From: a virus
Taxonomy: Duplodnaviria; Caudoviricetes
Length of the DNA: 60,640 nt
Strand: one strand, 5' to 3'
IMG/VR virus record: IMGVR_UViG_3300036774_000032
Location: 1 to 60,640 of that record
Part shown: positions 27,673-37,228 of the stretch, one piece after another
Numbering within the stretch: position 1 is the stretch's first letter
How the letters are laid out: every line of letters begins with the position of its first letter
Position numbers and translations under genes: made by a program
Notes under the pieces: model-generated
What the model saw: only the letters and a program-made list of their open reading frames with translations
Databases searched by the model: none
What the model was told of the DNA's origin: nothing

Positions 27673-28111
27673 GCGGCACCTCGGCGAGCAACGCCGCGTA
27701 GGCCGTCTTCACGTTTGGGATCCAGTGCTCGTTTAAGTGCGTCGGGTCGTTTGCTACGTTTACGGGCGCGATGCGGGCGCCGAGGAATTCGATGAAGGTG
27801 TCGCTGAAGCGCAGGACGCGGGGATTGAGTTCCCCGGTCCAGGGGTCAACGCCTTCACGCGGCACGAGGACGAAGAGGGGCACCCCCTGAAGGCAAAACT
27901 CGACATAGGCGATGATTCGAGACCGGATCGTCTTCGCCCCGCGCGCCAGGGCTTCCTCGATCGTGGTGCAGTCGGCATACGTGCATTGAATAGCCTTGAT
28001 GAACGTGTGGGGATCGCCGCCTTCGGCATGATACCAGGCTTGCAAGAGCGGCGTCACCGGGTCGAGGTAGTAGTCGCACTGCGCGCGGATGAGGGCGTCG
28101 ATGGGGGTCAT
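27665..28111 (-). CDS. Lysozyme-like fold protein, putative endolysin
   Basis: A...AE.G and FIEFLG.R.AP..VANDP..LN.HW..NV motifs. Confidence 0.55.
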   Translation of the reverse strand: MTPIDALIRAQCDYYLDPVTPLLQAWYHAEGGDPHTFIKAIQCTYADCTTIEEALARGAKTIRSRIIAYVEFCLQGVPLFVLVPREGVDPWTGELNPRVLRFSDTFIEFLGARIAPVNVANDPTHLNEHWIPNVKTAYAALLAEVPHA

Positions 28112-28233
28112 GGCGCCCCAGCCGTGAGCGCCAGATGTGCGAGAAAGCAAAAGCAGAACATGCCGAGGAGAAGCAGACCGGCAAGGGGGAGAGACCCGAG
28201 GAAGTCGAGCCAGAAGTCCCGCAATTCGCTCAC
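28108..28233 (-). CDS. 41-aa single-TM peptide, possible holin/anchor
   Basis: Manual translation MSELRDFWLDFLGSLPLAGLLLLGMFCFCFLAHLALTAGAP; ATGA-coupled to the lysozyme-like gene. Confidence 0.5.
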   Translation of the reverse strand: MSELRDFWLDFLGSLPLAGLLLLGMFCFCFLAHLALTAGAP

Positions 28234-28438
28234 TTCATAGCATCCTCACATGCAGGAGAAAAAAGCTGACGGAGCCGCTGAACTTCCGTGTACGCAGCGT
28301 TGATCTCCTCTGCGGTCCAGTAATACCGACGAATCCAGGGCCAGGACCGCAGGAACCGTGGCACAGAGTCCAACCACCACCGTTCTCGATAGTCAAACCA
28401 TTGTCTACTCCGCATTGACACACCCATGTGACGGTTGC

Positions 28439-28466
28439 AGAGTAAACCATCGCACCTGACTGTCAA
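28439..28466 (-). promoter_or_regulatory. Candidate late promoter
   Basis: TTGACA-16 bp-TACTCT ahead of the lysis/packaging block; the palindrome TGACAGTCA overlaps the -35. Confidence 0.5.
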
Positions 28467-28492
28467 GAAAATTCAAGCATGCTAACGGGATG

Positions 28493-28789
28493 CTACGGGG
28501 GCGGGGGCGCGAGAGGTCGGAGGAACGGCCGGATCTCCGCAACAGTTTTCATGGCCTTGTCGATGCTGAGCCCAGAACGAATCAGCACAGTGATCATGGC
28601 TTTTTCGACATCGGAGGCGTTGAGGATACAGGTATCGCATGGACGGGGACGGTCGGCGATTTGACTGCTCGACACCATCACCGATGCTTGGATAGCATGC
28701 TTCCCGCAACTGTGGTTCCAGAGGGAATGACCGCCGAGGCCTTGCTTGGTGTCAAAGGTTTCTCCGCATTGCTGGCAGGCGTAGGGCAT
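28493..28789 (-). CDS. C2H2 zinc-finger protein
   Basis: YACQQCGETFDTKQGLGGHSLWNH; AGGAGG RBS. Confidence 0.75.
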   Translation of the reverse strand: MPYACQQCGETFDTKQGLGGHSLWNHSCGKHAIQASVMVSSSQIADRPRPCDTCILNASDVEKAMITVLIRSGLSIDKAMKTVAEIRPFLRPLAPPPP

Positions 28790-28798
28790 GAGGGCCTC

Positions 28799-29776
28799 CT
28801 ATGATTTCGTGAGTAGTTCCTCCCACTGATCTCCCATCGCCTTCGCGCTGAACAGGGTGCGGACGCGGTCGCGGCATCGCGTCCCGTGCCGGATCCGCAA
28901 CTCCCGGCTTCTGAGCAGGGCCTGGACGTACCCGATCATGTACTCGTACTTCCACCGGGGCACGCATCGACCAGGCTCCAGCAGTTCCACATTCCCCGGG
29001 AGGTCGAACGCTACCACCGGAATCCCGTGCGCCATCGCCAGGCCGACCGCGTTACTCATGGCGTCGGCGCGCGAGCAGTGGGCGAGGATGCCGACTTGGG
29101 ACCAGTCGGGGACGTCGGCCGACAGGGCAAGCGGCACGCCGCCATGGGCGAACCGCTGGCACGCGATGTCGACTGCCTTCTCGGGCCGGAGCCGGGCCAC
29201 ATAGTAGGGCGTGCTTGACTGGTATCCGTTCGGCGCGAATTCCGGCCAGCCGTTCGGGATGAGCCGGAGTGACTCAGGGGGCCAGCCCTCGACCTCATAC
29301 GCCGACTCCATCGCCCGGGTGGTGTTGCAGACCATCGCCGTGGTGCGCCATCCCCAGCGAGCAACCCATCGCTGCAACCGAGGCAGGTAGTCGTCATACC
29401 CGCCGAAGCCACGGATCTCCGACCAGACGAAGGACCGCCGGCCATAGAGTTTGACCTTCGTCCCGAGGACCGCAGCCGTGAGGTAGGCATGTGGCGAGCC
29501 CAGGATGCCAACCGCCGCCTCGATCCGGTCCCGATGCAGCCACGCGCGGAGCTGGGCCAGCTTCCACAGACGACGTGCCGGGCCGAGCCGCGGGCCTGGG
29601 TGGAGGATGCGCGTCGGGATCGGCACCCACTGCTGGAGCATGGGGATGCTCTCGGCAGGGTCGGTACAGTACAACGTGACCTCATGCCCTCGAGCGATCA
29701 ACCCTCGCGCCAGGAGGAGTGCCTGGTACTCGGCGCCTCCGGCTTCACGTGAAACAAGACCGAGGGCGATGTTCAT
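28799..29776 (-). CDS. GT4 (GT-B) glycosyltransferase
   Basis: GGAE...LARGL..RGHEV, IPNG, VARL.PEK, S..D.MSNA...AMA.G.PVV.....G..E. Confidence 0.85.
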   Translation of the reverse strand: MNIALGLVSREAGGAEYQALLLARGLIARGHEVTLYCTDPAESIPMLQQWVPIPTRILHPGPRLGPARRLWKLAQLRAWLHRDRIEAAVGILGSPHAYLTAAVLGTKVKLYGRRSFVWSEIRGFGGYDDYLPRLQRWVARWGWRTTAMVCNTTRAMESAYEVEGWPPESLRLIPNGWPEFAPNGYQSSTPYYVARLRPEKAVDIACQRFAHGGVPLALSADVPDWSQVGILAHCSRADAMSNAVGLAMAHGIPVVAFDLPGNVELLEPGRCVPRWKYEYMIGYVQALLRSRELRIRHGTRCRDRVRTLFSAKAMGDQWEELLTKS

Positions 29777-29915
29777 TGAAACCACCTCGGCATCCGAAAC
29801 GCCCCCCGCCAGTCGCCCCGTCGCAGCTTCCCGAGGCGTAGGACGACAGCGCAAATGATGTCGGCACATGCCATGATTGCCAGCGCGACCCAGACGACGA
29901 CACTCCCGATCGCCG

Positions 29916-30752
29916 TCAGGAGGACGCGGTCGACCCAGCCGAATTCGGGCTCAGGGGCCGCCTTCCACGCATGCTGACCGGCACGTCCAGCGCCTTGATG
30001 TCCTCGAAACCCGCGTCGATGAACCATGCGCGCACCTCAGTCTCGGTGTGTCGGTGTTGATACCGCGGGCTGTACCAGTCGAACGTGTCCAGGATCCGCC
30101 ATCGCCAGTTCGGATGCGTCGAGCAGGGCAGGACGCCCCACAAGTAGCGCCCGACCACCGGGATCCTCCGCACGTAGTCCCACGGGCCGGCGATCTGGCA
30201 GATGGCAGCCAGCAGCCACCAGGGCAGGCGCGTCGTCAGCTTCCGGTAGACGTCGCTGACCCGTGTCCACGGGCCCATCTTTGCCGAGTAGACCCAGACG
30301 CAGAGGAGGCCCCCGGGCTTGACGAGCCGGGCGATGGCCTGGAAACTTGCCTCCGAGCTGGGCGTGTGGTGGAGCACCCCGATGCAGTACACGATGTCGA
30401 AGCGCCGTCCGAGGCCGATGCCACTGTACTGCCCGAGGTGAACTTCGTGCAGGTCAGCCTTGTAGACTCGCACATTCTTCCGTGTGGATAAGTTGTGGAA
30501 AGCCTGTTCATTCGCATCTGACGGATCAATACCGACAGCCACTTTCGCTTTCCACCGACTGACCACCTCGAGGAACCTTCCGGCGCCGCAGCCCACGTCA
30601 AGGACGCGCTTGCCGCGGACGTCCTCCGGCGTGAGTCCGGTCTTCGCCTTGAACGTCTCCTCGCTCTCACACTGCCCTACAGTGTCGAGTTGCAGCCGCG
30701 GCCATCGAGCCCATTCCCAGCCGAATGATGACCAATAGTTAGCGGGTTTCAT
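29916..30752 (-). CDS. Class I SAM-dependent methyltransferase
   Basis: VLDVGCGAGRF, FDIVYCIGVLHHTP, LDTFDWYSP.Y. Confidence 0.9.
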   Translation of the reverse strand: MKPANYWSSFGWEWARWPRLQLDTVGQCESEETFKAKTGLTPEDVRGKRVLDVGCGAGRFLEVVSRWKAKVAVGIDPSDANEQAFHNLSTRKNVRVYKADLHEVHLGQYSGIGLGRRFDIVYCIGVLHHTPSSEASFQAIARLVKPGGLLCVWVYSAKMGPWTRVSDVYRKLTTRLPWWLLAAICQIAGPWDYVRRIPVVGRYLWGVLPCSTHPNWRWRILDTFDWYSPRYQHRHTETEVRAWFIDAGFEDIKALDVPVSMRGRRPLSPNSAGSTASS

Positions 30753-30945
30753 GGTCCCACCCTTGGAAGTTTGCTGGAGTGACTGGTCCTTGGTGGTACG
30801 GGAAGTGTGTTCCGGAGGCGTTGCTGATTCTTTTCACCCACAACCACTGTCCACAATCACACCTGAGCGCCTTCCGGTGCGCTAACCAGTTGTCTTTCCC
30901 GCATTTATCACACTTACAACCTGTCATAACTCGGTACTCATCCAT
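30739..30945 (-). CDS. Small zinc-ribbon protein
   Basis: CDKC...C.CG. Confidence 0.5.
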   Translation of the reverse strand: MDEYRVMTGCKCDKCGKDNWLAHRKALRCDCGQWLWVKRISNASGTHFPYHQGPVTPANFQGWDHETR

Positions 30946-31028
30946 CCTGACCCCCTTGTCTGGATACCTGTTTCACGTCTGCGGCGGTAGAATCCCCCAT
31001 AGCGCCACGCTGGAGGGCATCCTGGGGG

Positions 31029-31661
31029 CTAATCTGCGTCGGTTTGAGAGTGAACCGACGCGCGCCGGCCCACGACGCACAGGGAGAGAAACCCCTCCCG
31101 GTCTGGAAATGTGCCCCATCCGAATGCCTCGACGACATCGAGACCCGCCGCGTCCACCTCGGCCGTCAGCTCGTCGAGGGGGATGGTCCGCTCGCCCATG
31201 AGTGGCGGGTTGACCTCAAGCAAGAGCGGCGACGGGATGCACACCACGATGACGGGCGCAAGTAACGCGAGCTGCCCGAGCATGAGGAGGCGAGTCGGAA
31301 AGTCTTCGTGCTCGATGACCCCGGAAGAGAACGCGACGTCATGGGGCCCGAGGTCCTCCGCGACCGTTGCCTGACCAAGGGTAATGCCGAATCGACGGCC
31401 TCGGGAGATTCCGACATGGTCTGCCATAGTCCGCATGGCCTCGTCCGGTTCGAGTTCGGTCACGGTATACCCGAGGTCCGAGAGGGACCGCGACGAGAAT
31501 CCGAGGGCGCTCCCGACCTCCAGGAGCCTCGCCGGAGGGGGGCACGTCCGGACGACGGCGTCGTACAGGGGCTTGTGATAGGCCTTGTACTCGGCATAGT
31601 AGGCGTCCGGTGTGGGGTACTTTGCGAGCGCTGCGGTGAACCAGGCGTGCCATGATTTCAT
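31029..31661 (-). CDS. Class I SAM-dependent methyltransferase
   Basis: LLEVGSALG, DVAFSSGVIEH. Confidence 0.8.
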   Translation of the reverse strand: MKSWHAWFTAALAKYPTPDAYYAEYKAYHKPLYDAVVRTCPPPARLLEVGSALGFSSRSLSDLGYTVTELEPDEAMRTMADHVGISRGRRFGITLGQATVAEDLGPHDVAFSSGVIEHEDFPTRLLMLGQLALLAPVIVVCIPSPLLLEVNPPLMGERTIPLDELTAEVDAAGLDVVEAFGWGTFPDREGFLSLCVVGRRASVHSQTDAD

Positions 31662-31670
31662 GGTGACCCC

Positions 31671-31829
31671 CTAGAAACAGTGTGTTGAACAGGATTGACC
31701 AAAGCAACAAGTCTGGCAAATCACGATGCGCCCGTCTGGGGTGAAGATCGTGGTGGTCGTACAAGACGCGATGGCATCGGCGACGAAGAATCCAAACAGG
31801 AAAATCATCACGATAAAAAATGTCTTCAT
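31671..31829 (-). CDS. Secreted Cys-rich peptide (52 aa)
   Basis: GGAGG RBS; signal peptide MKTFF...AIA followed by a 6-Cys mature part. Confidence 0.75.
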   Translation of the reverse strand: MKTFFIVMIFLFGFFVADAIASCTTTTIFTPDGRIVICQTCCFGQSCSTHCF

Positions 31830-31876
31830 CTTCGTAACCTCCCGAAAATACTGCGTTTTCCTCATCAATACCTACT

Positions 31877-32314
31877 CTAGAACGGCACCTCGTCTTCCGT
31901 CACAGGTTGAATGCCGGCGGAAGGGCCTGAGTCTCCCGCCGGCCGGTCGCCGTGCCGACCCGACCTCCTTTCGTTGTGAGCGGCGCCGTTACTGAGTATG
32001 GGCAACTTTCCCTTCCCTTGGATCGCGTCCCAAACATCCCTCGGATCATGTTGAAACAGTTCCGCCTTATACCCTCGCTTCTGCCAGGATTCAAACCAGA
32101 TCAGAAACTCCCGCTCATTGTTTGAGAATGCAGCATGGGTTAGGCTAACGTAGTGCCAGTGACAGTATCGAGGGGGTTTCTCCCCGATTTCAGGGCTCAT
32201 GCCTCCATAGAGGCAGCACCGGATCCCGTTCGTACGCCAGCAGCATTGCACGTCATGCCGTAAGTTCCGAGGGGATGCCACATCCACCTCTTCTCCAAAT
32301 CGGTCCTTAGCCAT
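31877..32314 (-). CDS. Zn-binding hypothetical protein after the initiator
   Basis: C.W....RC...YC.WH; ends in DEVPF. Confidence 0.6.
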   Translation of the reverse strand: MAKDRFGEEVDVASPRNLRHDVQCCWRTNGIRCCLYGGMSPEIGEKPPRYCHWHYVSLTHAAFSNNEREFLIWFESWQKRGYKAELFQHDPRDVWDAIQGKGKLPILSNGAAHNERRSGRHGDRPAGDSGPSAGIQPVTEDEVPF

Positions 32315-33155
32315 CCGAATACCTCCCGTCATGCACCTTGACGCAGTTTTCTACTCCGTCCTTCCCGACACTTAACAGCCAATCGAAATCTGGAGAGAAG
32401 CGTTTGTGCCCGTTCGACGGATCGGCCTTCCCGAGCAGGAATCGGCTTCGCTGGTACTGCGCGAAGGTCTGCGTCCACCAGGACTCGTCAGGAAACAGTT
32501 TCAGGTAAGCCTTGGCTTTTTCGAGTCGCTTGCCAACCAAGGTGGAGACACTCGGCACGTTGTCTGGAGTCTCCCGGTTGTATTTCTCTGCGAGGGATAT
32601 TGGTGAGGGCCACCGCGAAGACGGGTCGGTCGGAAGACCGTCCTGTTGAGGTGGTGGTGGTTCTGAGGTGAGGATAGGTTGAGGTGGTTCTGAGGTGGTT
32701 CTGAGTGTACGGTTTTCAGGATGCCTTCCCCCGACGGTCTTTAGACGGTCGGCAGACCATCTACTATATAGTTGATAACGTTCTGCAAACGCATTCAGGA
32801 TTAAAATAGAGGAGCATGATTCTATGTCAATTTGTACTCCAATCAGGAGTTTATCGTTCTTACTTTGTCGTTTGAGGTATCCGGGGAGGAAAATCCAGGC
32901 CCCATCCCGGACGATCAGGGACCGCGCTGAGAGAGAAATCAGGTACGCCTTGACCCGCTTCACTGGAAGCCTCGACCCCGCAGCGAGTTGCTCGTCAGTC
33001 ACGCGATAGATCCCCGATGGTCTCTGACGTTTATTCGTTGCGAGGAATCCAAAAAAGGCCCGTTCTTCAAATAAGGCTTCCGGTAAACTCGACGTGGCGT
33101 CGAATTTTTCGTCATCCCAAAGTCCGTCTTCGATCGGATGATAACGTGACGGCAT
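32307..33155 (-). CDS. Replication initiator (lambda O-like organisation)
   Basis: N-terminal I...LW.D.KF...SGIY winged-helix-like domain, repeat-rich linker, C-terminal FL.G......DFDWL. Confidence 0.65.
   Translation of the reverse strand: MPSRYHPIEDGLWDDEKFDATSSLPEALFEERAFFGFLATNKRQRPSGIYRVTDEQLAAGSRLPVKRVKAYLISLSARSLIVRDGAWIFLPGYLKRQSKNDKLLIGVQIDIESCSSILILNAFAERYQLYSRWSADRLKTVGGRHPENRTLRTTSEPPQPILTSEPPPPQQDGLPTDPSSRWPSPISLAEKYNRETPDNVPSVSTLVGKRLEKAKAYLKLFPDESWWTQTFAQYQRSRFLLGKADPSNGHKRFSPDFDWLLSVGKDGVENCVKVHDGRYSDG
32645..32705. repeat. Iteron-like direct repeats, putative origin
   Basis: ggtggttctgag at 32656, 32683 and 32694; gttgaggtggt at 32645 and 32678, all within the initiator linker. 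Confidence 0.6.
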
Positions 33156-33178
33156 GGTTCACCCCGTCTCACTGCGTA

Positions 33179-33769
33179 TCAGGTGGTGAGCCTCTCTTGC
33201 TCAGTCGCCAGCGCGACCAAGGCTGCGTCCATGCGTTCCTGTTCTGCCAAGGTAAGGCAACACGCGCACTCGCCCTCGGGCGTTTCGTTCGTCCACCGGA
33301 GATGGACGCCGCAGGGCATGAGGGCGGTCAGGCGGGCGATCTCCTTATCCTTCTCCTCGAGAATCTCCTCAAGCTTGAGGCAGGCAGCCGCCGTGAACGG
33401 GGTCGCCTTATGAATGGCCTCGGATTTCAGCCGGGTGATCTCCGCGAGATGTGCGTTCCGTTCCGCCTCCCTTGCGTCTCGCCACAAGACAGCCTGATCT
33501 CGCTCTACAACAAGGTCTGCCTGTGCGTCGTAGTCGCGTTGACGTGCAGCGATGAGCCGGTCGATCTCCTGCTCTGCGGCTTCTCTCCCGTGTTGCGTTT
33601 CCTCCAGCTTCCTTTCCAGTGCGGAGATCTTCTCCGCCTGATCGGGGAGACCAGGACACTCTGCCTGAACGGGAATCGCTCCCCCTGCGCCGTCTGCTCT
33701 CGCTGTAGTGTACCATCCAGGGCACCCGAGGCAATGGATCATGGCGTGTGCCCCTTGTGGCACGGGCAT
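33179..33769 (-). CDS. Hypothetical coiled-coil protein
   Basis: Long heptad-rich ORF with Cys clusters. Confidence 0.55.
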   Translation of the reverse strand: MPVPQGAHAMIHCLGCPGWYTTARADGAGGAIPVQAECPGLPDQAEKISALERKLEETQHGREAAEQEIDRLIAARQRDYDAQADLVVERDQAVLWRDAREAERNAHLAEITRLKSEAIHKATPFTAAACLKLEEILEEKDKEIARLTALMPCGVHLRWTNETPEGECACCLTLAEQERMDAALVALATEQERLTT

Positions 33770-34343
33770 TCACAGCCGACAGGGAAAAACGGGCGACACG
33801 TTCCTGAGCACTCCCCGTGCCTCCGTTCATGGCATTGAATCGAGAGGATCTTCCCACCCTGCGCGGTATTCGCCCCTATTCGGAGTGGGAGATTTCCCCC
33901 GCTGCGTCTCCCGGCGCGATTCCACACTCCCGTCATGGCGTCCGCTCCTTGGTCATCTTTGCAATCGTTTCGTGCGCGGCAAATATGTCCCGACATCGTT
34001 TTCCCGTTGTCCATGGTTCCTCCTGCGTAACATCCGATACTATTTCAGAATGCCAAGCATCAGCAAAATAAGTGCCGCGAGCATTTGTAGAGACAGACAG
34101 ACACCGACTCCGTACCAAAATGCGCGCCATTCATCCCTACTCATACTCTCCTCCTGCGGTCGGGGCGAGGCTACTCACGGGCTAAGCCCCTTAACTGCTG
34201 ACCGGCATTGAGACCTTTCGACAAATAAGCCTCGCTCGTCATGCAGCACCCGTTTCCACCAACTACACCCTCGCCCCGCCCCGCCCGCATTGTCGCCCGT
34301 GGCCGGATTCCGCATCCGGACGCTTGCAGCCGCACGGGCGATC

Positions 34344-36602
34344 CTACCCAACCAACACCGCGGTCGAATCCTGGGGGCCGCCGGCCACGTCGATCCGACT
34401 TTCAAAAACATCTTTGAGCCCTTCGACGTGGGAGATTACCCAGAGCAACTTAAACTCGGACTGGATGGATCTCAGCGCCGCGATGATTCCATCTAAACAC
34501 TCGACAGATTGAGTCCCCCACCCTTCATCGATGACTAGGGATTCTATCGACGCCCCCGCTTTCCGTGCCTGCAGCTTGGCCAGCGCTACCCGGATCGCCA
34601 AATCAATCTGGAACTGTTGTCCCCCGCTGTACGCTTCATACTCCCGCTCGCCAACTTGATCCGTGATGATGATGTCAAGTCCGTCGGCCAGCGTGTCGCG
34701 GGATCTGATCTCCCGCTGCGTCCGGAGCTGGAGCCGCATTCCGTTCGGACTGATCCTGGCGAGCAGGCTATTCGCCTCGTGCTCGATCGCCGGGATGGCC
34801 TCGTTTTCGAGGATCATTAGGGGCGCCTGGCGGTAAAACTGCTCCAGGGCGACCATGAGCGTGTGCCGGCTGCGGATCCTGGCCGCCTCCCCTTGCGCGG
34901 CCGCGCCCTCTTCCGCCAGTTTCTCTAGGACGGCGAGCTGGGCGTCTGCCGTGGCGATCGCCTGGACGGCCGCGCGCTCGGCTTGCTGATTGGCTGAGAG
35001 ACTCTTGGATTGGCGGGACAGTTCAGACTGGAGGGCTATGATCTTCGCCTCGTCTTCCCGGATGGCCGCGGCGAGCTTCGGCTCCTCGGCCAGGCTTTCG
35101 ACCAGGATGGAGATTGCTACATCATGGTCCTGAATCTCACCACTGATTCCCGGCAGATCCGCCTCGGCGTGGGAGAGTTCGGGGAGGAGAGCGGTCCATT
35201 TGGCGAGGTCCTGGAGGGCCTGCTCACCCTGGTCAACCTTGAGCCGACACGACGCAACTTCGACCCCAAGAAGCCGGAGTCTCCTGTCCACGTCCTCGGT
35301 GGGGATCTCGGGCTGCAAGTGTGGACGCTTCCAGGCTTTCAACTGGTCGCGTTTGTTGCAGAGGGCGCCGACCTGGGCGTCACTCTCCAGAGCGTCTTTC
35401 AGGAGGGGACATTCGGCCGACAGTGACACATACTCGTCTCCCTCTCCTGTGGGCCAACGGAGAAACCGAGTACACGGAACCGTATCCTTGACTGCCGCGC
35501 GCTTCTGATGCCCCGCGATCAGGGGGTCGAGCCCCTTCGCCTCGATCGTGATCCGCTGCTCCTCCTGGAGGATGGCCGCGTTTGCCTTCTGGGCCGCCAG
35601 GTTGACCGTGACGAGGCGATCCCTCTCCGCCCTTGCCTTGGATATGTCCTGGTCGAGGATCGTCAATTCTTGCCGGGTGTCTGCCAGCACGCGGGTGGTT
35701 TCCGTGGCCTGCGCTGCTTTGGATTCGATCTCGGCGCTCCGGGAGAGGATCTGGGTCAGGCGGTCGGCCTTTTCCTGCTTCTCGTTCCGGGACTTCTGGC
35801 GAGACGCGAGGGTGGCTTTGTCAGTGGCGAACGCCGCGAGGGTTTTGCGTGCCTGGGGGATGGCGGACTCGAGGGTGGCGAGTTTTCGCTCGGTCTCTTG
35901 GCGGTCCTTCGTGAGGGATTCTAGGCTCAGACGTACATCGTGCAGTTGTACCACGGCGTCAATCTTTCGCTGTTTGATCTCGTCCTGTGTCTCCAGCGCC
36001 GTAGCCGCGGCAACGGCCCGGGCTTCGAGCATTTGGGCATGCTGGTCAAGACTCCGGGCCTCCCGCCCCGCGGCTTCCCGCCATTCCTGGTAGACTGACA
36101 GGCCGAGGAGGTCGGAGAGCACGGCGATGCGGTCGGAGACGGGAGCGTGAGTGAAGCGCGCCGAATCCCCCTGCAAGGAAAACGGTCCTGATATAAGCAC
36201 CTCGTAGGGGAGCCCAACCGTTCGCTCGATGGCGGATTCGCTTTCCTGGATTGACTTGCCCGTCAGTGGGGTCCAGGCTCCGTCACCATTCAAACAAGTG
36301 AACTGTAAATCAGACTTGGGTCGCGCGTTCTTTATACTGATCGTGCGACGGACGCGGTACGTAGTGCCTCGGGATTGCCACTCGACGAGCCCCCACGCAG
36401 TATCACGCCCAATCTTCACAAACCCGTTCGCGCGGCGACTGCGCGATCGCCAGTAGAGTGTCCAGGTGACACAGTCTACGAGACTACTCTTACCGGCCCC
36501 GGTTGCTCCGGTGGCGATTACCCCGCCGTGTACACCAGAGAGGTCTAGGTCAAAGTCACTGAAGGAGCGGAAGTTATGGCCGGCGACGCGCACAATGCGC
36601 AT
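34344..36602 (-). CDS. sbcC: SbcC/Rad50-like SMC ATPase
   Basis: NFRSF, Walker A GATGAGKSS, Q-loop LQG, coiled coil, YSGGQ, VIDEGWG, ISH. Confidence 0.92.
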   Translation of the reverse strand: MRIVRVAGHNFRSFSDFDLDLSGVHGGVIATGATGAGKSSLVDCVTWTLYWRSRSRRANGFVKIGRDTAWGLVEWQSRGTTYRVRRTISIKNARPKSDLQFTCLNGDGAWTPLTGKSIQESESAIERTVGLPYEVLISGPFSLQGDSARFTHAPVSDRIAVLSDLLGLSVYQEWREAAGREARSLDQHAQMLEARAVAAATALETQDEIKQRKIDAVVQLHDVRLSLESLTKDRQETERKLATLESAIPQARKTLAAFATDKATLASRQKSRNEKQEKADRLTQILSRSAEIESKAAQATETTRVLADTRQELTILDQDISKARAERDRLVTVNLAAQKANAAILQEEQRITIEAKGLDPLIAGHQKRAAVKDTVPCTRFLRWPTGEGDEYVSLSAECPLLKDALESDAQVGALCNKRDQLKAWKRPHLQPEIPTEDVDRRLRLLGVEVASCRLKVDQGEQALQDLAKWTALLPELSHAEADLPGISGEIQDHDVAISILVESLAEEPKLAAAIREDEAKIIALQSELSRQSKSLSANQQAERAAVQAIATADAQLAVLEKLAEEGAAAQGEAARIRSRHTLMVALEQFYRQAPLMILENEAIPAIEHEANSLLARISPNGMRLQLRTQREIRSRDTLADGLDIIITDQVGEREYEAYSGGQQFQIDLAIRVALAKLQARKAGASIESLVIDEGWGTQSVECLDGIIAALRSIQSEFKLLWVISHVEGLKDVFESRIDVAGGPQDSTAVLVG

Positions 36603-37219
36603 GGTGTTTTCCTCCAGTTCTTTCCGTTCACGATTGCCCACACGTTCGCTTGAGTTATAGAGTACCGAGCGGCAAGTTGGCGTTGAGTAATTCCTCCAGA
36701 CAAGTATAGGGTGCGAATTTCTTCCGCCTGGATTTCCGTGATCTTCGCCTTCCAGTGCTGTTCTCCCCTACGGCGTGTTGCAGGAACGGTCTTTGCTCCA
36801 GTAGCCTGACGCCCTTTTCGGAAGCAATCTCTGTTGTTGTCTTCTGCTGTGCCAAGAAACAGATGCGCGGGATTTACACAAGCTGGGGTATCGCACTTAT
36901 GGAGAACGCACAGTGTTCGGTCAAATTCACCATGCTCTAGAAAATACGCCACACGTGGCGCCCGACCGAGACCGCGCCACCGAGCCCTTCCGTATCCTCT
37001 CCTGTCCACGGCTCCTGTCCAAATCCAACAGGACTCCGTGAGATTAACCTGAGACCAGAATCGCGCCTTAAACTTCTCGAATTCCGCCTCTTCCGCTGAC
37101 GCGATCAGAACCGTCTCTCCCCTAAATGTTCGGCAATAATGCTGGTTGCATAACCCCTTCGCTTTCATTTCCAATTTGCATCCGGGGACACGGCAGGCGC
37201 GGTCTTCTATTCGTCGCAT
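36545..37219 (-). CDS. HNH homing endonuclease with C-terminal HTH
   Basis: CWIWTG...GYG, VLHKCDTPACVNPAHLFLGT..DN..D...KGR. Confidence 0.9.
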   Translation of the reverse strand: MRRIEDRACRVPGCKLEMKAKGLCNQHYCRTFRGETVLIASAEEAEFEKFKARFWSQVNLTESCWIWTGAVDRRGYGRARWRGLGRAPRVAYFLEHGEFDRTLCVLHKCDTPACVNPAHLFLGTAEDNNRDCFRKGRQATGAKTVPATRRRGEQHWKAKITEIQAEEIRTLYLSGGITQRQLAARYSITQANVWAIVNGKNWRKTPCALCASPAITSAPSVTLT

Positions 37220-37228
37220 CGTGATCCT

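Noticed and set aside
34140-34270. Hammerhead-like fragments (UGACGA...GAAA) on the minus strand
   Set aside because: The core deviates from CUGANGA, and stems II/III are weak or absent. An Infernal search would be needed.
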